IMG/VR virus record: IMGVR_UViG_3300028392_000144
Span: 1 to 37,991 of that record
From: a virus
Lineage: Duplodnaviria > Caudoviricetes
Direction: 5' to 3' (one strand)
Length of the DNA stretch: 37,991 nucleotides
Part shown: piece by piece, positions 18,711-27,178 of the stretch
Layout of the letters: each line of letters starts with the position of its first letter
How positions within the stretch are numbered: position 1 is the stretch's first letter
Program-made: the position numbers and the translations under genes
Notes under the pieces: generated by a model
Database searches by the model: none
Seen by the model: only the letters and a program-made list of their open reading frames with translations
What the model was told of the DNA's origin: nothing

Positions 18711-19066
18711 ACGACCTCAAGCTCACCCTACCGTGGCCGCCGTCGGTCAACACGTACTGGCGCACGTTTAACGGCCGCATGATCATCAGCCAAAAGGGCC
18801 GCGAGTACCGCAAGGCCGTGCAAGACCAGATACTGCTCCAGCGCATGCAGAAGCACTTTGATTGCACCTTGCGCGTAACCATCGAGGCCTACCGACCAGA
18901 CAAACGCCGCCGTGACTTAGACAATCTGCTCAAGGCAACATTGGATTCGCTCACCCACGCCGGGGTGATCGAGGACGACTCACAGATCCACGACCTGCGA
19001 ATACACTGGGGTCCTACTATCGGCGGGATGTTAAAAGTAAAAATTGAGGAGCTAGCATGGTTGTGA
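18707..19066 (+). CDS. rusA: RusA Holliday junction resolvase
   Basis: LPWPPSVNTYWR, RRRDLDNLLKA.LD.L and DDSQI motifs. Confidence 0.92.
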   Translation: MNDLKLTLPWPPSVNTYWRTFNGRMIISQKGREYRKAVQDQILLQRMQKHFDCTLRVTIEAYRPDKRRRDLDNLLKATLDSLTHAGVIEDDSQIHDLRIHWGPTIGGMLKVKIEELAWL

Positions 19067-19458
19067 CTTTGTATGACCCGCAGCAAGCTGCAACGGTAAT
19101 GAAGAGCCTATGGCCGAAGGTCAAAGACGCGCTGCAGGCCGGTAAAAAAATGCGTTTGGAAATTAAACAAGCACGACGCAGCACCGAGCAAAACGACATG
19201 TTCCATTCCATCATCAACATGATTACCAAAAAAATGGCGCAGGCTGGATCGAAGTGGGATGCCGATGATTGGAAGCGGTTGCTGATTGACCAATGGGCAC
19301 ATGAGACGGGGCGCAAAATTGGCAAAGTGTTGCCAAGCCTAGATGGTGAGCGCGTGGTCCAGCTTGGACTACAAAGCCATAAGTTCACGATTGAGGAGTC
19401 GTCCGAATTTATTGATTGGCTTATTGCATGGGCAACTGACAAGGGAATCGACGTATGA
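19057..19458 (+). CDS. ninB: NinB / Orf-family recombination protein
   Basis: RSTEQN..FH, W...DWKRL, PSLDG..VV.LG and SEFIDWL.AW motifs. Confidence 0.85.
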   Translation: MVVTLYDPQQAATVMKSLWPKVKDALQAGKKMRLEIKQARRSTEQNDMFHSIINMITKKMAQAGSKWDADDWKRLLIDQWAHETGRKIGKVLPSLDGERVVQLGLQSHKFTIEESSEFIDWLIAWATDKGIDV

Positions 19459-19760
19459 CCACCATTGCCGAGCGCAAGCACCTTTCGCTGGTGGCAGAGC
19501 TTGGCTGCGCCGTCTGCCGCCGCATGGGCTACGAAGGCACCCCGGCGGAGATCCACCACCTGCGGGAGGGGACGGGGGCTGGCAGGCGTTCCAGCCACAT
19601 GGACGCCATACCCCTGTGCCCCGAGCACCACAGGGGGAAAACCGGGGTCCACGGGCTGGGAACCAAGGGATTTCCCAAGCATTGGGGCTTCGGAGAGCAG
19701 GATTTGCTGGCCGATACCAGAGCAGAATTGGGAAAATCTATCGACCTGCAAATTAAATAG
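19455..19760 (+). CDS. Ref-like / DUF968 HNH-type nuclease
   Basis: LGCAVC, AEIHH and IPLCPEHH.G..GVH motifs. Confidence 0.8.
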   Translation: MTTIAERKHLSLVAELGCAVCRRMGYEGTPAEIHHLREGTGAGRRSSHMDAIPLCPEHHRGKTGVHGLGTKGFPKHWGFGEQDLLADTRAELGKSIDLQIK

Positions 19761-19788
19761 AAATTATTTTTGCACAGGACGTCCAAAC

Positions 19789-19868
19789 GTCTAATTTATC
19801 GTTACACTACCATCACTGACCAAGCAATAGTGCAAGGCAGGCAAACAGTGAAGGATAGTGAAATGAAC
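19789..19868 (+). promoter_or_regulatory. Promoter/leader/RBS cassette, copy 1
   Basis: GTCTAATTTATCGTTACACTA...CACTG...GCAGGCAAACAGTGAAGGATAGTGAAATGAAC; closely matches 21239-21306. Confidence 0.7.
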
Positions 19869-20174
19869 GCTTACACCAACATCGAGATGTCCGCAGTCGC
19901 AACCAGCGAAGTGGACGTACTAGGCGCCCTGCTGGCCAAGATCGACGATCTGACCAAGCAAGCCAACGCCATCAAAGACGGCATCAAAGACTCCGCCAGC
20001 GCAGGCGGCGACAAAGTCGTAACTGGCAACCTGTTCAAGGCCACTTACAGCGAGACCAACCGCTCTACCGTTGACCACAAAGCCCTGTTGGCTGAGTTGG
20101 GCGCCACCGCAGAGCAGATCGCACGCCACACCAAGACCACCGCCGTGTTCACGGTCAAGGTCACATCCAAATAA
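19863..20174 (+). CDS. Hypothetical early protein
   Basis: AAGGA RBS within the cassette; coiled-coil N-terminus. Confidence 0.75.
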   Translation: MNAYTNIEMSAVATSEVDVLGALLAKIDDLTKQANAIKDGIKDSASAGGDKVVTGNLFKATYSETNRSTVDHKALLAELGATAEQIARHTKTTAVFTVKVTSK

Positions 20175-20180
20175 TTCAAC

Positions 20181-20194
20181 GGGGCTTCGGCCCC
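20181..20194 (+). other. cUUCGg tetraloop hairpin between genes
   Basis: GGGGC-TTCG-GCCCC with no U tract, just before an AGGAG RBS. Confidence 0.55.
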
Positions 20195-20208
20195 TATAGG
20201 AGCACAAC

Positions 20209-20463
20209 ATGAAGCGCAAATACATCAAAGCATTTAATGCACTCAAGAAGATGGGCGTACCGGTCTATGAGCATGGCGACGACAACGGCAACTTCAGCAT
20301 CAGCGCAGAAGAGCCAGAGAGCTACAAGTGGGCCAACTTCTACCCCGAGTACAACCAGTGGAGCGGCGAAAACACAAATCCGGTTATGGACAACGAGTTG
20401 CGCAAGCATGGCCTATACGCAGAGTGGCAAAACCCCGGACGCCTGTCCGTATATCAAGCATAA
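20209..20463 (+). CDS. Hypothetical protein
   Basis: AGGAG RBS; LRKHGLYAEW.NPG motif. Confidence 0.8.
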   Translation: MKRKYIKAFNALKKMGVPVYEHGDDNGNFSISAEEPESYKWANFYPEYNQWSGENTNPVMDNELRKHGLYAEWQNPGRLSVYQA

Positions 20464-20473
20464 GGAGAACATC

Positions 20474-20671
20474 ATGGCCCAAAGAGAAATTGAAACAATA
20501 ATCAGCACCGAGAACGGTGTACGCGTCTGCGTTAGCGAATGGGATGAGGGCGGCGTCTGGCTGTATCTAGCAGGACGTGGCGCAAGCATGAGCGCAGTAC
20601 TCACCCGCACAGAAGCCCAAACAATGTTGGCTGGCCTGCAAGAAATCTTAGCCAAAGAGGTGGCAGCATGA
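20474..20671 (+). CDS. Hypothetical protein
   Basis: TAAGGAG RBS; starts MAQREIET. Confidence 0.75.
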   Translation: MAQREIETIISTENGVRVCVSEWDEGGVWLYLAGRGASMSAVLTRTEAQTMLAGLQEILAKEVAA

Positions 20672-20838
20672 GCCGCGACGTTATCTTGGCCGACATCCTT
20701 GTAGCCGTTATGGGCACCATCTGCCTGATGTTTGCATTCAATAGCCCCGCTGGTTTAATCCATGACTTTGCCCTGATATACGGCGGTATCTGCATTGGCT
20801 ATGTATGCACAACTTACTTAAATGAGGTGGAAGCATGA
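20668..20838 (+). CDS. 56-aa putative membrane protein (not in ORF track)
   Basis: Manual translation MSRDVILADILVAVMGTICLMFAF...; GAGG RBS; ATGA overlaps at both ends. Confidence 0.7.
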   Translation: MSRDVILADILVAVMGTICLMFAFNSPAGLIHDFALIYGGICIGYVCTTYLNEVEA

Positions 20839-21023
20839 TTGAGCTGAGCACCGCGTACGATCCAATAAACAATATGGTCTCGGTGACCATGGGTGATGGT
20901 GACCCGGAGAGCCGTGCCCCATGGGCTTGGGCGCCTACGCTAGAAGCCGCAATCGCGGAACTGTACGCCTTTGAGGACATCCCCGAGGGCACCCCATACA
21001 CCATCTATGGAGAGGCATCATGA
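20835..21023 (+). CDS. Hypothetical acidic protein
   Basis: GAGG RBS; coupled to neighbours. Confidence 0.7.
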   Translation: MIELSTAYDPINNMVSVTMGDGDPESRAPWAWAPTLEAAIAELYAFEDIPEGTPYTIYGEAS

Positions 21024-21211
21024 ACAATAAATACACCCAAGAGCAGCTCGAGTACATCAAGGGCTTTGAGCATGGCTGCGATTACATGGTGGCCGAGATC
21101 GAGCGCTGGCTAGAAAAAAATAACGAGGAGCCCCGGTCGGCATGGCCAGTAGAGCGGTTGCTGAGCCACCTCAAGATGCAAAACACGCCAAGCACTAGGG
21201 AAAGTACCTAG
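21020..21211 (+). CDS. Hypothetical protein
   Basis: GGAGAGG RBS; coupled to the upstream gene. Confidence 0.7.
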   Translation: MNNKYTQEQLEYIKGFEHGCDYMVAEIERWLEKNNEEPRSAWPVERLLSHLKMQNTPSTREST

Positions 21212-21238
21212 AAATATTTTTTAACAATATGCAGGAAT

Positions 21239-21306
21239 GTCTAATTTATAGTTATACTAAATGCACTGCAATACGCAGGCAAACAGTGAAGGACAGTGAA
21301 ATGAAC
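21239..21306 (+). promoter_or_regulatory. Promoter/leader/RBS cassette, copy 2
   Basis: GTCTAATTTATAGTTATACTA...CACTG...GCAGGCAAACAGTGAAGGACAGTGAAATGAAC; TATACT -10. Confidence 0.7.
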
Positions 21307-21708
21307 ATCGGAACACAAACCAACAGCCTCGTTAACCACCTGTACAGCCGCATGACAGTTGACGCCCCTAAACCTGAAGTCGGCATGGCCGCTACTACGC
21401 TGTCATGGACAGACCGCCACGCCGCTACCGTTGTAGCAGTGACTGAGCTCAAGAGCAAAGTCTGGTCCTACGAAATCCACGTTGTCGAAGACCAAGTGCT
21501 GGTGGTCAAGGGAAGCACGCACGACGGTAGCGCTACGTTTGCCTTTGTGCCCAACGATAGCTACAACCATGCAGACATCTACCGCATGGATCGCAAAACA
21601 GGCGAGTGGGTTCATGGCTACATCAACGCAGATACCGGCCGGTTCCAAAAAGCCTCCGGTGGCCTGATCTTGGGCCGTCGTGATCATTACGTTGACCCCA
21701 GCTTCTGA
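21301..21708 (+). CDS. Hypothetical early protein
   Basis: Start set by the cassette RBS; PEVGM.AT...WTDRHA and LILG.R..Y.DPSF motifs. Confidence 0.8.
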   Translation: MNIGTQTNSLVNHLYSRMTVDAPKPEVGMAATTLSWTDRHAATVVAVTELKSKVWSYEIHVVEDQVLVVKGSTHDGSATFAFVPNDSYNHADIYRMDRKTGEWVHGYINADTGRFQKASGGLILGRRDHYVDPSF

Positions 21709-21710
21709 TC

Positions 21711-21980
21711 ATGGATTACATATCACCATTTGAAGTGCTTGGTACACCCAAGTGCTTCACGTTGCATCAATTCGAGGAGTGGAAGGCCGCTTCTCGATTG
21801 TGTGGGCTGCGTACTACGATCTGCGAGGACTGTAGTACCAAGTACCAAAACAAAATGGCCAAACAAGGCTGCTGTGAAGTCGGGATCTGGTCCCAAATGG
21901 TGTTTGGGGGACGGTCCTCCAGACTCGCAAAAATGTTTAATCAATCTGCTAAGGAGAATGTGAATGCTAAATTTATTTAA
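21711..21980 (+). CDS. Cys-rich hypothetical protein
   Basis: PKCF, ICEDCS..YQ.KM...G.C pattern. Confidence 0.7.
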   Translation: MDYISPFEVLGTPKCFTLHQFEEWKAASRLCGLRTTICEDCSTKYQNKMAKQGCCEVGIWSQMVFGGRSSRLAKMFNQSAKENVNAKFI

Positions 21981-22809
21981 ATCAAAGAAAACTGAACCAT
22001 CACCACAAGACGTGCAAAACGATGCGTTCAGGATGCAAATCAGCCAGCTAAACAAAGCGCTGGATATGTATCGTCAGACCATCGATAACCATTGGGCAGC
22101 AATTACAAAGCTCAATAAAACGCCTCCGGCTAGTGCAAGCTACGAACTAACGATAATGGAAAAGATCCAAAAGTTAGAAACAGCAGTAAAGACGCCACCG
22201 AGCACATCGAAAGTGCGAAAGCTATTTGCAGATTTATCTGACCTTGTAGCGCGAGTTTGCAATCTCGAAGAAAAAAAAGATAAAACTGCTACCGAAAACA
22301 GTAGTAAATTTAACGACTTTTTAAAGAAGTACAGCAACGGCATTGAAAACCACGCCATGCATATCAACTCTTTGCTGAGCTCGATGGACGACATGCGCAA
22401 AGAGGTTCAGCGCATCAAAGTGTTGGACAGCGCCATCGGATCATTGCGTGGATATGCTCAGCGCCATGATGGCCACATTGGGTACATGACAAAGCGCTTA
22501 AATGATCTCGAAATTGCGGCGAAGAACAAACCCCTTTCCGACAAGGACAAGGCAGAGTTGCTAATGAAGTCCCTTGATGAGCTACCCGATCCATTTTTGA
22601 AGACTGAGGAAGAACTGGCGGAAGAAATGGCGGAACAAAAACGCATTAAGAGAAGCGAGTACATGCGCGAGTACCACAAGCGCCAAAAAGTGAAAGAGGC
22701 AACACGTAAATATTCGCGTGAATGGTATTTAAAAAACAAAGACGCAATTTTGGCGCGCAAGAGAGCCCAGCGCGAGGCAGACAAGGAGCCAAAGAATGCG
22801 ATTCTTTGA
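21964..22809 (+). CDS. Coiled-coil protein with basic C-terminal helices
   Basis: TAAGGAG RBS; AT-richer DNA; YMREYHKRQK / YSREWYLKNK repeats. Confidence 0.75.
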   Translation: MLNLFKSKKTEPSPQDVQNDAFRMQISQLNKALDMYRQTIDNHWAAITKLNKTPPASASYELTIMEKIQKLETAVKTPPSTSKVRKLFADLSDLVARVCNLEEKKDKTATENSSKFNDFLKKYSNGIENHAMHINSLLSSMDDMRKEVQRIKVLDSAIGSLRGYAQRHDGHIGYMTKRLNDLEIAAKNKPLSDKDKAELLMKSLDELPDPFLKTEEELAEEMAEQKRIKRSEYMREYHKRQKVKEATRKYSREWYLKNKDAILARKRAQREADKEPKNAIL

Positions 22810-22987
22810 TTTTCTGAAACAGCAGCTCAAGGAGCCCTCCCCGCTCGAGGTGATCAGCAAAGAGCTCGCACAGGCCCATCTGGACCGCTTGGAGGCCGAG
22901 GGGGCAGTGGAGTACAGCACCGCAGTGCTCGAGTTAAATATGGCCCGTATAGAGCGTTTAAACAACCGGATTAAGGAGTACAAGTAA
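22796..22987 (+). CDS. Hypothetical protein
   Basis: AAGGAG RBS; helical. Confidence 0.75.
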   Translation: MRFFDFLKQQLKEPSPLEVISKELAQAHLDRLEAEGAVEYSTAVLELNMARIERLNNRIKEYK

Positions 22988-23199
22988 TGAGAGAGAACAT
23001 CAAGACCGAAAAAGACTACACCGACTGGATGGTCAAGACCGGCGGCTACGCAAAGGACATGACGCTGCGCGACCACTTTGCTGGGTTGGCTTTAAACATA
23101 CTTAGCGATATATGGAGTGAAAACCCAGACTGGGATTTGGAGCACATAGCTAATTGTGCATACGAATTAGCAGACGCAATGCTCAAGGGGCGCAAATAA
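22987..23199 (+). CDS. Hypothetical protein (MTLRD.FA...AY..ADAML family)
   Basis: Motif widespread in phage accessory genes. Confidence 0.8.
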   Translation: MRENIKTEKDYTDWMVKTGGYAKDMTLRDHFAGLALNILSDIWSENPDWDLEHIANCAYELADAMLKGRK

Positions 23200-23348
23200 T
23201 GCCAGCACTAATTGGTTTTATGTGCTTTGCCGCATGGCTCACTCATGTGTTTACATGCTTTGCGCAGGGCCTATGGGGCTTCTTGGTGGCTGGTGCCATC
23301 CTATTCCCCATTGGCATCCTGCATGGCTTTTACCTTTGGCTGCATTAG
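23199..23348 (+). CDS. Small membrane protein
   Basis: AWLTHV...WGFLVAGAILFPIGILHG; TAATG coupling. Confidence 0.75.
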   Translation: MPALIGFMCFAAWLTHVFTCFAQGLWGFLVAGAILFPIGILHGFYLWLH

Positions 23349-23356
23349 GAGGCGAC

Positions 23357-23515
23357 ATGAACGAAGCAGACAAAGCCTACTTGGCGGTGCGCATGGAGGA
23401 GGAAGAGCAGCATGATCCCTATGAGTTCTTGCCTCAACAAATCAAAGGCATCATCGCATTTGCAGCCATTGTTATAGGCGTGTGGATGCTTGTTGCAGCG
23501 GTGATGTTGAAATGA
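23357..23515 (+). CDS. Small protein with C-terminal TM helix
   Basis: AGGAGG RBS. Confidence 0.7.
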   Translation: MNEADKAYLAVRMEEEEQHDPYEFLPQQIKGIIAFAAIVIGVWMLVAAVMLK

Positions 23516-23739
23516 ACGAGATGACAGACTGGTTTCCCCCACACATCAAGCCCGTGCATATTGGTGTGTACGAAATTAAATTTTCCAATGTGCCACTTGG
23601 CAAACGTTTAATGTACGCACGATGGAGCGGTAAAGAATGGTCAAACTTTGCGTATAAAAAGAATGATGACTGTATGAATGATTGTTTCGGCGCAGTGCAA
23701 AAGAAACATTGGCGCGGCTTTACGGAGGAGCAAACATGA
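23512..23739 (+). CDS. Hypothetical protein
   Basis: TDWFP..IKPVH.GVYE...W.G..W...WRG motif. Confidence 0.75.
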   Translation: MNEMTDWFPPHIKPVHIGVYEIKFSNVPLGKRLMYARWSGKEWSNFAYKKNDDCMNDCFGAVQKKHWRGFTEEQT

Positions 23740-23918
23740 CAGGCTATCAAAGCAAAAAGGCAGCGGCGCAGGGCAAGTTAGCAAAACCAGACCAAGCGTG
23801 GTGGGATTGGTATCTATCTCCTCCGATTGATTACCGCAAAGTTTATGGCGATCCTTTTGTTTGGACTGAGCAAGAAAAAATGCTGATGCAACAACTCAAG
23901 GAGAAGAACAATGGATAA
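23736..23918 (+). CDS. Hypothetical protein
   Basis: GGAGGAG RBS; starts MTGYQSKKAAAQ. Confidence 0.7.
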   Translation: MTGYQSKKAAAQGKLAKPDQAWWDWYLSPPIDYRKVYGDPFVWTEQEKMLMQQLKEKNNG

Positions 23919-24282
23919 AAACAAAGCATTGAAACTGGCGCTTGAGTTTGTTGAAAATGTTCATTTAGGCGAATGGCAAGGCTCAACTGAACGCCAAGAG
24001 GAAATAGTCACCGCCATTAACAAAGCCTTGGCACAGCCAGCGCAGGAGCCTACCAAGTATTCTTTCAGAGCACATTGGGAGGCGGATGGTTGTATCGGCG
24101 TGGTCGCGGCTATTGAGAGGTTAGATGGTGGTGTTCATTTATTGAAGGACATCATTGACGCACCACAGCGCCCTTGGGTGGGGCTGACGTTAGATGAGAT
24201 AGCGTTGATTCATGCAAATTATCCGAATCCGCAGGGCTTCGGTTTAGCATTGCAAGCCAAACTCAAGGAGCGCAACACATGA
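23911..24282 (+). CDS. Hypothetical protein
   Basis: ALKLALE...ALAQPAQEP...QRPWVGLT...AKLKERNT mosaic motifs. Confidence 0.75.
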   Translation: MDKNKALKLALEFVENVHLGEWQGSTERQEEIVTAINKALAQPAQEPTKYSFRAHWEADGCIGVVAAIERLDGGVHLLKDIIDAPQRPWVGLTLDEIALIHANYPNPQGFGLALQAKLKERNT

Positions 24283-24524
24283 TCCCCGTACCGCTGTTCC
24301 CTGATATGCCCGTTGCCACTAACATTGCTGGCAAGGTTGTATTTCCGAAGCAGTATTACAGGTGCCCCGACTGCAACAACATCAGCCCCCTGCGTGGTGG
24401 CTGGTTTGGCTTGGAGCAGTCGGACAGGCAGGACCTGTACGACCAAGCCAAGGAGAACAACCGAATGAATTTTTATGACATCTGCAGCCTTGTAGAGGCC
24501 CGCTTGAAGGAGAAGAACACGTGA
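24279..24524 (+). CDS. Hypothetical protein
   Basis: AAGGAG RBS; CPDC motif. Confidence 0.7.
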   Translation: MIPVPLFPDMPVATNIAGKVVFPKQYYRCPDCNNISPLRGGWFGLEQSDRQDLYDQAKENNRMNFYDICSLVEARLKEKNT

Positions 24525-24766
24525 CAAACATTACACCAATGGAGTGCTACGCCACCACCGACGGGCGCCTGCATACTGATAAAATAGAAGCGCAGGCTCA
24601 CCAATACGGTCTGGACATGAAAGAGGAGATAGGCGCGTTTGTCGGCTATGATCCAAAATCGTTGGGCATCGACTCTCGTAATGCATATGGCAACTTGCTG
24701 GCCATCACCGGCTGGGAGGTATCCAAAAAACTGAAGGAGCTGCGCAGTGAGCAAATTAAAGATTGA
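24521..24766 (+). CDS. Hypothetical protein
   Basis: GTG start with AAGGAG RBS. Confidence 0.7.
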   Translation: MTNITPMECYATTDGRLHTDKIEAQAHQYGLDMKEEIGAFVGYDPKSLGIDSRNAYGNLLAITGWEVSKKLKELRSEQIKD

Positions 24767-24944
24767 GTTTGCGCCGGGATGCTTTGACAACTTTGATGGC
24801 ACGCAGGAAGAGCTGGACGAACTTATCAATGAGATACGCATGATGGTTGATGACGGCACTTTTGAAGAGAAATCAACTCGATTGCCGGAGGAGGAGGAGG
24901 AAGCTATCCTCGAGATTCTGCAACGCCGCAACACGCGCCAATAG
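24747..24944 (+). CDS. Acidic hypothetical protein
   Basis: FAPGCFD.F.GTQEELDEL motif; AAGGAG RBS. Confidence 0.75.
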   Translation: MSKLKIEFAPGCFDNFDGTQEELDELINEIRMMVDDGTFEEKSTRLPEEEEEAILEILQRRNTRQ

Positions 24945-24952
24945 GAATCAAA

Positions 24953-25153
24953 ATGGTTACAGCTAAAAAGCAAGTTGATAAAGAAGAGTCAACCTATAAG
25001 ATGCCGGTAGAGGTGGCCAATTGGATCGAGAACGCCGAGAGCCGCCTGTCCTACCTGACCACGCAGGTCGCCACGCTGAAGGCCGAGAACATCGCCCTGC
25101 GTAAGGCCAACAAGGTCATGGAGGCCCGGGTGATGGGAAATAGCCAAGAGTAA
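24953..25153 (+). CDS. Coiled-coil hypothetical protein
   Basis: AGGA RBS; heptad pattern. Confidence 0.75.
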   Translation: MVTAKKQVDKEESTYKMPVEVANWIENAESRLSYLTTQVATLKAENIALRKANKVMEARVMGNSQE

Positions 25154-25180
25154 AACAAACTGCTAAACTACCCGTATAAC

Positions 25181-25196
25181 GCGCTGAGAGATGCGC
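25181..25196 (+). promoter_or_regulatory. Hairpin motif upstream of the terS RBS
   Basis: GCGC-TGAGAGAT-GCGC; related copies at 36172 and 36194. Confidence 0.45.
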
Positions 25197-25209
25197 TGCA
25201 AGGAGTTAT

Positions 25210-25734
25210 ATGGCCACAGGCAAGAAGATGGGCAGACCACTGGGTGACACACTCTACCCAGAGAAGGAACAGATCAAAGAGCAGCTAGTAGCTTGGCTCT
25301 CCGAGGGACGGACACTCAAGGACTTCTGCCGCCAGCAGGGAATGCCAAACTATCGCACGATCTACCTTTGGATTGATGCCGACAAAGACTTTGCTGCAAA
25401 CATCGCGCACGCCCGCGACATGGGATATGACGTAATTGCCGAGGAAGCCCTGCAAATTGCTGACAACCTGCACATGGGCCGTAAGGTGGTCACCCACAGC
25501 GGCGGCAAGGAAGACGAGGACGCCATGACGGTCACCGAAGAAGACCTGCTTGGCCACCGTAAGCTCCAGATTGAGACCCGGCTCAAGCTGCTGGCCAAGT
25601 GGAACCCAAAGAAGTGGGGTGACTCCACAACGATCAAGGGCAGCGACACCAACCCGCTGGTGGCCGAGGTCAGCTTTGACGTCTTTGGGGAGGTGCTCAA
25701 GGCCGTGATGCTCCAGAGACACGCCAGTGAGTGA
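25210..25734 (+). CDS. terS: Terminase small subunit (Sf6-like)
   Basis: GRP, LSEGRTL..FC...GMP...TIY.W HTH and RKLQIETR..LLAKW.PKKWGD; directly precedes terL. Confidence 0.9.
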   Translation: MATGKKMGRPLGDTLYPEKEQIKEQLVAWLSEGRTLKDFCRQQGMPNYRTIYLWIDADKDFAANIAHARDMGYDVIAEEALQIADNLHMGRKVVTHSGGKEDEDAMTVTEEDLLGHRKLQIETRLKLLAKWNPKKWGDSTTIKGSDTNPLVAEVSFDVFGEVLKAVMLQRHASE

Positions 25735-27148
25735 AATGGTTGCACTACTCGAAGACCCCAAGGTCCGAGAGCAATACGCCAAGCTCAAGCCAGAACAACG
25801 GGCCATATTCGAGTGGCGGACCCGATGGCTGCTCAAGGCCCACAAGTTCCAGCTCGAGCCCTTGGGCGACTGGACCATCTGGCTACAGCTCGGTGGCCGT
25901 GGATCAGGGAAAACTCGTACATCAGCAGAAACTCTAGGCTATTGGGCAGCAACCCAGCCCAACACCCGCTGGCTAGTATCCGCCCCGACAAGCAGTGACC
26001 TGCGCTCTACCTGTTACGAGGGTGAGTCAGGTTTGCTCGCCGTCATCCCGCCCATCTTGATCGCCGACTACAACAAAAGCCTGCACGAAATCAAACTGGT
26101 TAACGGCAGCCTGATCAAGGGCATCCCAGCATCCGAGCCTGACCGGCATAGGGGTGGCCAGTACCACGGCGCATGGCTGGACGAGCTGGCCGCGTGGGAC
26201 TACCTGCAAGACTCGTGGGACATGATCCAGTTCACGGTGCGCCTGATCGGCCCCAACGGCACGCGCATCATCTGCTCGACCACACCCAAGCCTAAGCCGG
26301 TGATCTTGGACCTGCTGGACCGTGAGGGCGACGATGTCGTGGTGACCAAGGCCAGCACCTACGTCAACATCGCCAACCTTGCCCCGGCATTCCAGAAGCA
26401 GATCCTGCAATACGAAGGCACCAAGCTGGGCCGGCAAGAGATCCACGCCGAGATCATCGACCCGGAGGAGGGCGGTATCGTCAAGCGGGAGTGGTTCAAG
26501 CTGTGGCCAGCCAACCGACCCCTGCCCAAGCTCGAGTTCGTGCTCCAGTCGCTGGACGTGGCCACCAGCGAGAAGACCCAGAACGACCCGACGGCCCACA
26601 TCACCTTTGGCATATTCAAGCCCGAGGACGGCTCTATGTGCGCCTTGGTGATCGACTGCTGGCAGGAGCACCTCCAGTACCCAGACCTGCGCCCCCGCGT
26701 GGTGGACGAGTACGAGACCGTCTACGGCGATGGCCGAGAGAAGAAGCGCGTGGACCTGCTGCTGATCGAGGACAAGAGCGCGGGAATCAGTTTGATTCAA
26801 GACCTGCGTAGGGCAGGGATACCCATCATCCCGTACAACCCGGGGCGTGCTGACAAGATCCAGCGGCTCAACATCGTGTCCAACATCATCAAGGCCGGAC
26901 GGGTGTGGATACCAGAGTCCAGCAACCGCAAGGGGTTTGTGCGTGACTGGGCCGAGGGCATGATCAGCCAGATCTGCAGCTTCCCCGAGGGCGCAGAGCA
27001 CGACGACTTTGTTGACGCCATGAGCCAAGCCCTGCGCTACCTGCGTGACTCCGGCTGGCTGACCATTGACTTTCCCAAGGAGTGGGTGGACGAGGACGAC
27101 TACATTGACGCCGGGCAGCGTAAGAGAGAGAATCCCTACGCTGTGTAA
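25727..27148 (+). CDS. terL: Terminase large subunit
   Basis: Walker A GGRGSGKT, Walker B AWLDE, STTPK coupling motif, nuclease motifs SLDVA, IEDK and HDDFVDAMSQ. Confidence 0.96.
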   Translation: MSEMVALLEDPKVREQYAKLKPEQRAIFEWRTRWLLKAHKFQLEPLGDWTIWLQLGGRGSGKTRTSAETLGYWAATQPNTRWLVSAPTSSDLRSTCYEGESGLLAVIPPILIADYNKSLHEIKLVNGSLIKGIPASEPDRHRGGQYHGAWLDELAAWDYLQDSWDMIQFTVRLIGPNGTRIICSTTPKPKPVILDLLDREGDDVVVTKASTYVNIANLAPAFQKQILQYEGTKLGRQEIHAEIIDPEEGGIVKREWFKLWPANRPLPKLEFVLQSLDVATSEKTQNDPTAHITFGIFKPEDGSMCALVIDCWQEHLQYPDLRPRVVDEYETVYGDGREKKRVDLLLIEDKSAGISLIQDLRRAGIPIIPYNPGRADKIQRLNIVSNIIKAGRVWIPESSNRKGFVRDWAEGMISQICSFPEGAEHDDFVDAMSQALRYLRDSGWLTIDFPKEWVDEDDYIDAGQRKRENPYAV

Positions 27149-27178
27149 AAATCCCGTACCCCAACATCATTAACAATC

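Noticed and set aside
19770-19862. Upstream extensions of ORFs 19770-20174 and 21229-21708 that share RQTVKDSEMN
   Set aside because: The shared peptide is just the translated duplicated leader; true starts are at 19863 and 21301 after the RBS.
20181-20194. UUCG hairpin as a terminator
   Set aside because: No U tract; more likely a stability or processing hairpin.
26027-27028. 333-aa antisense ORF
   Set aside because: Shadow of terL caused by GC-rich codon bias; no RBS or recognisable motifs.
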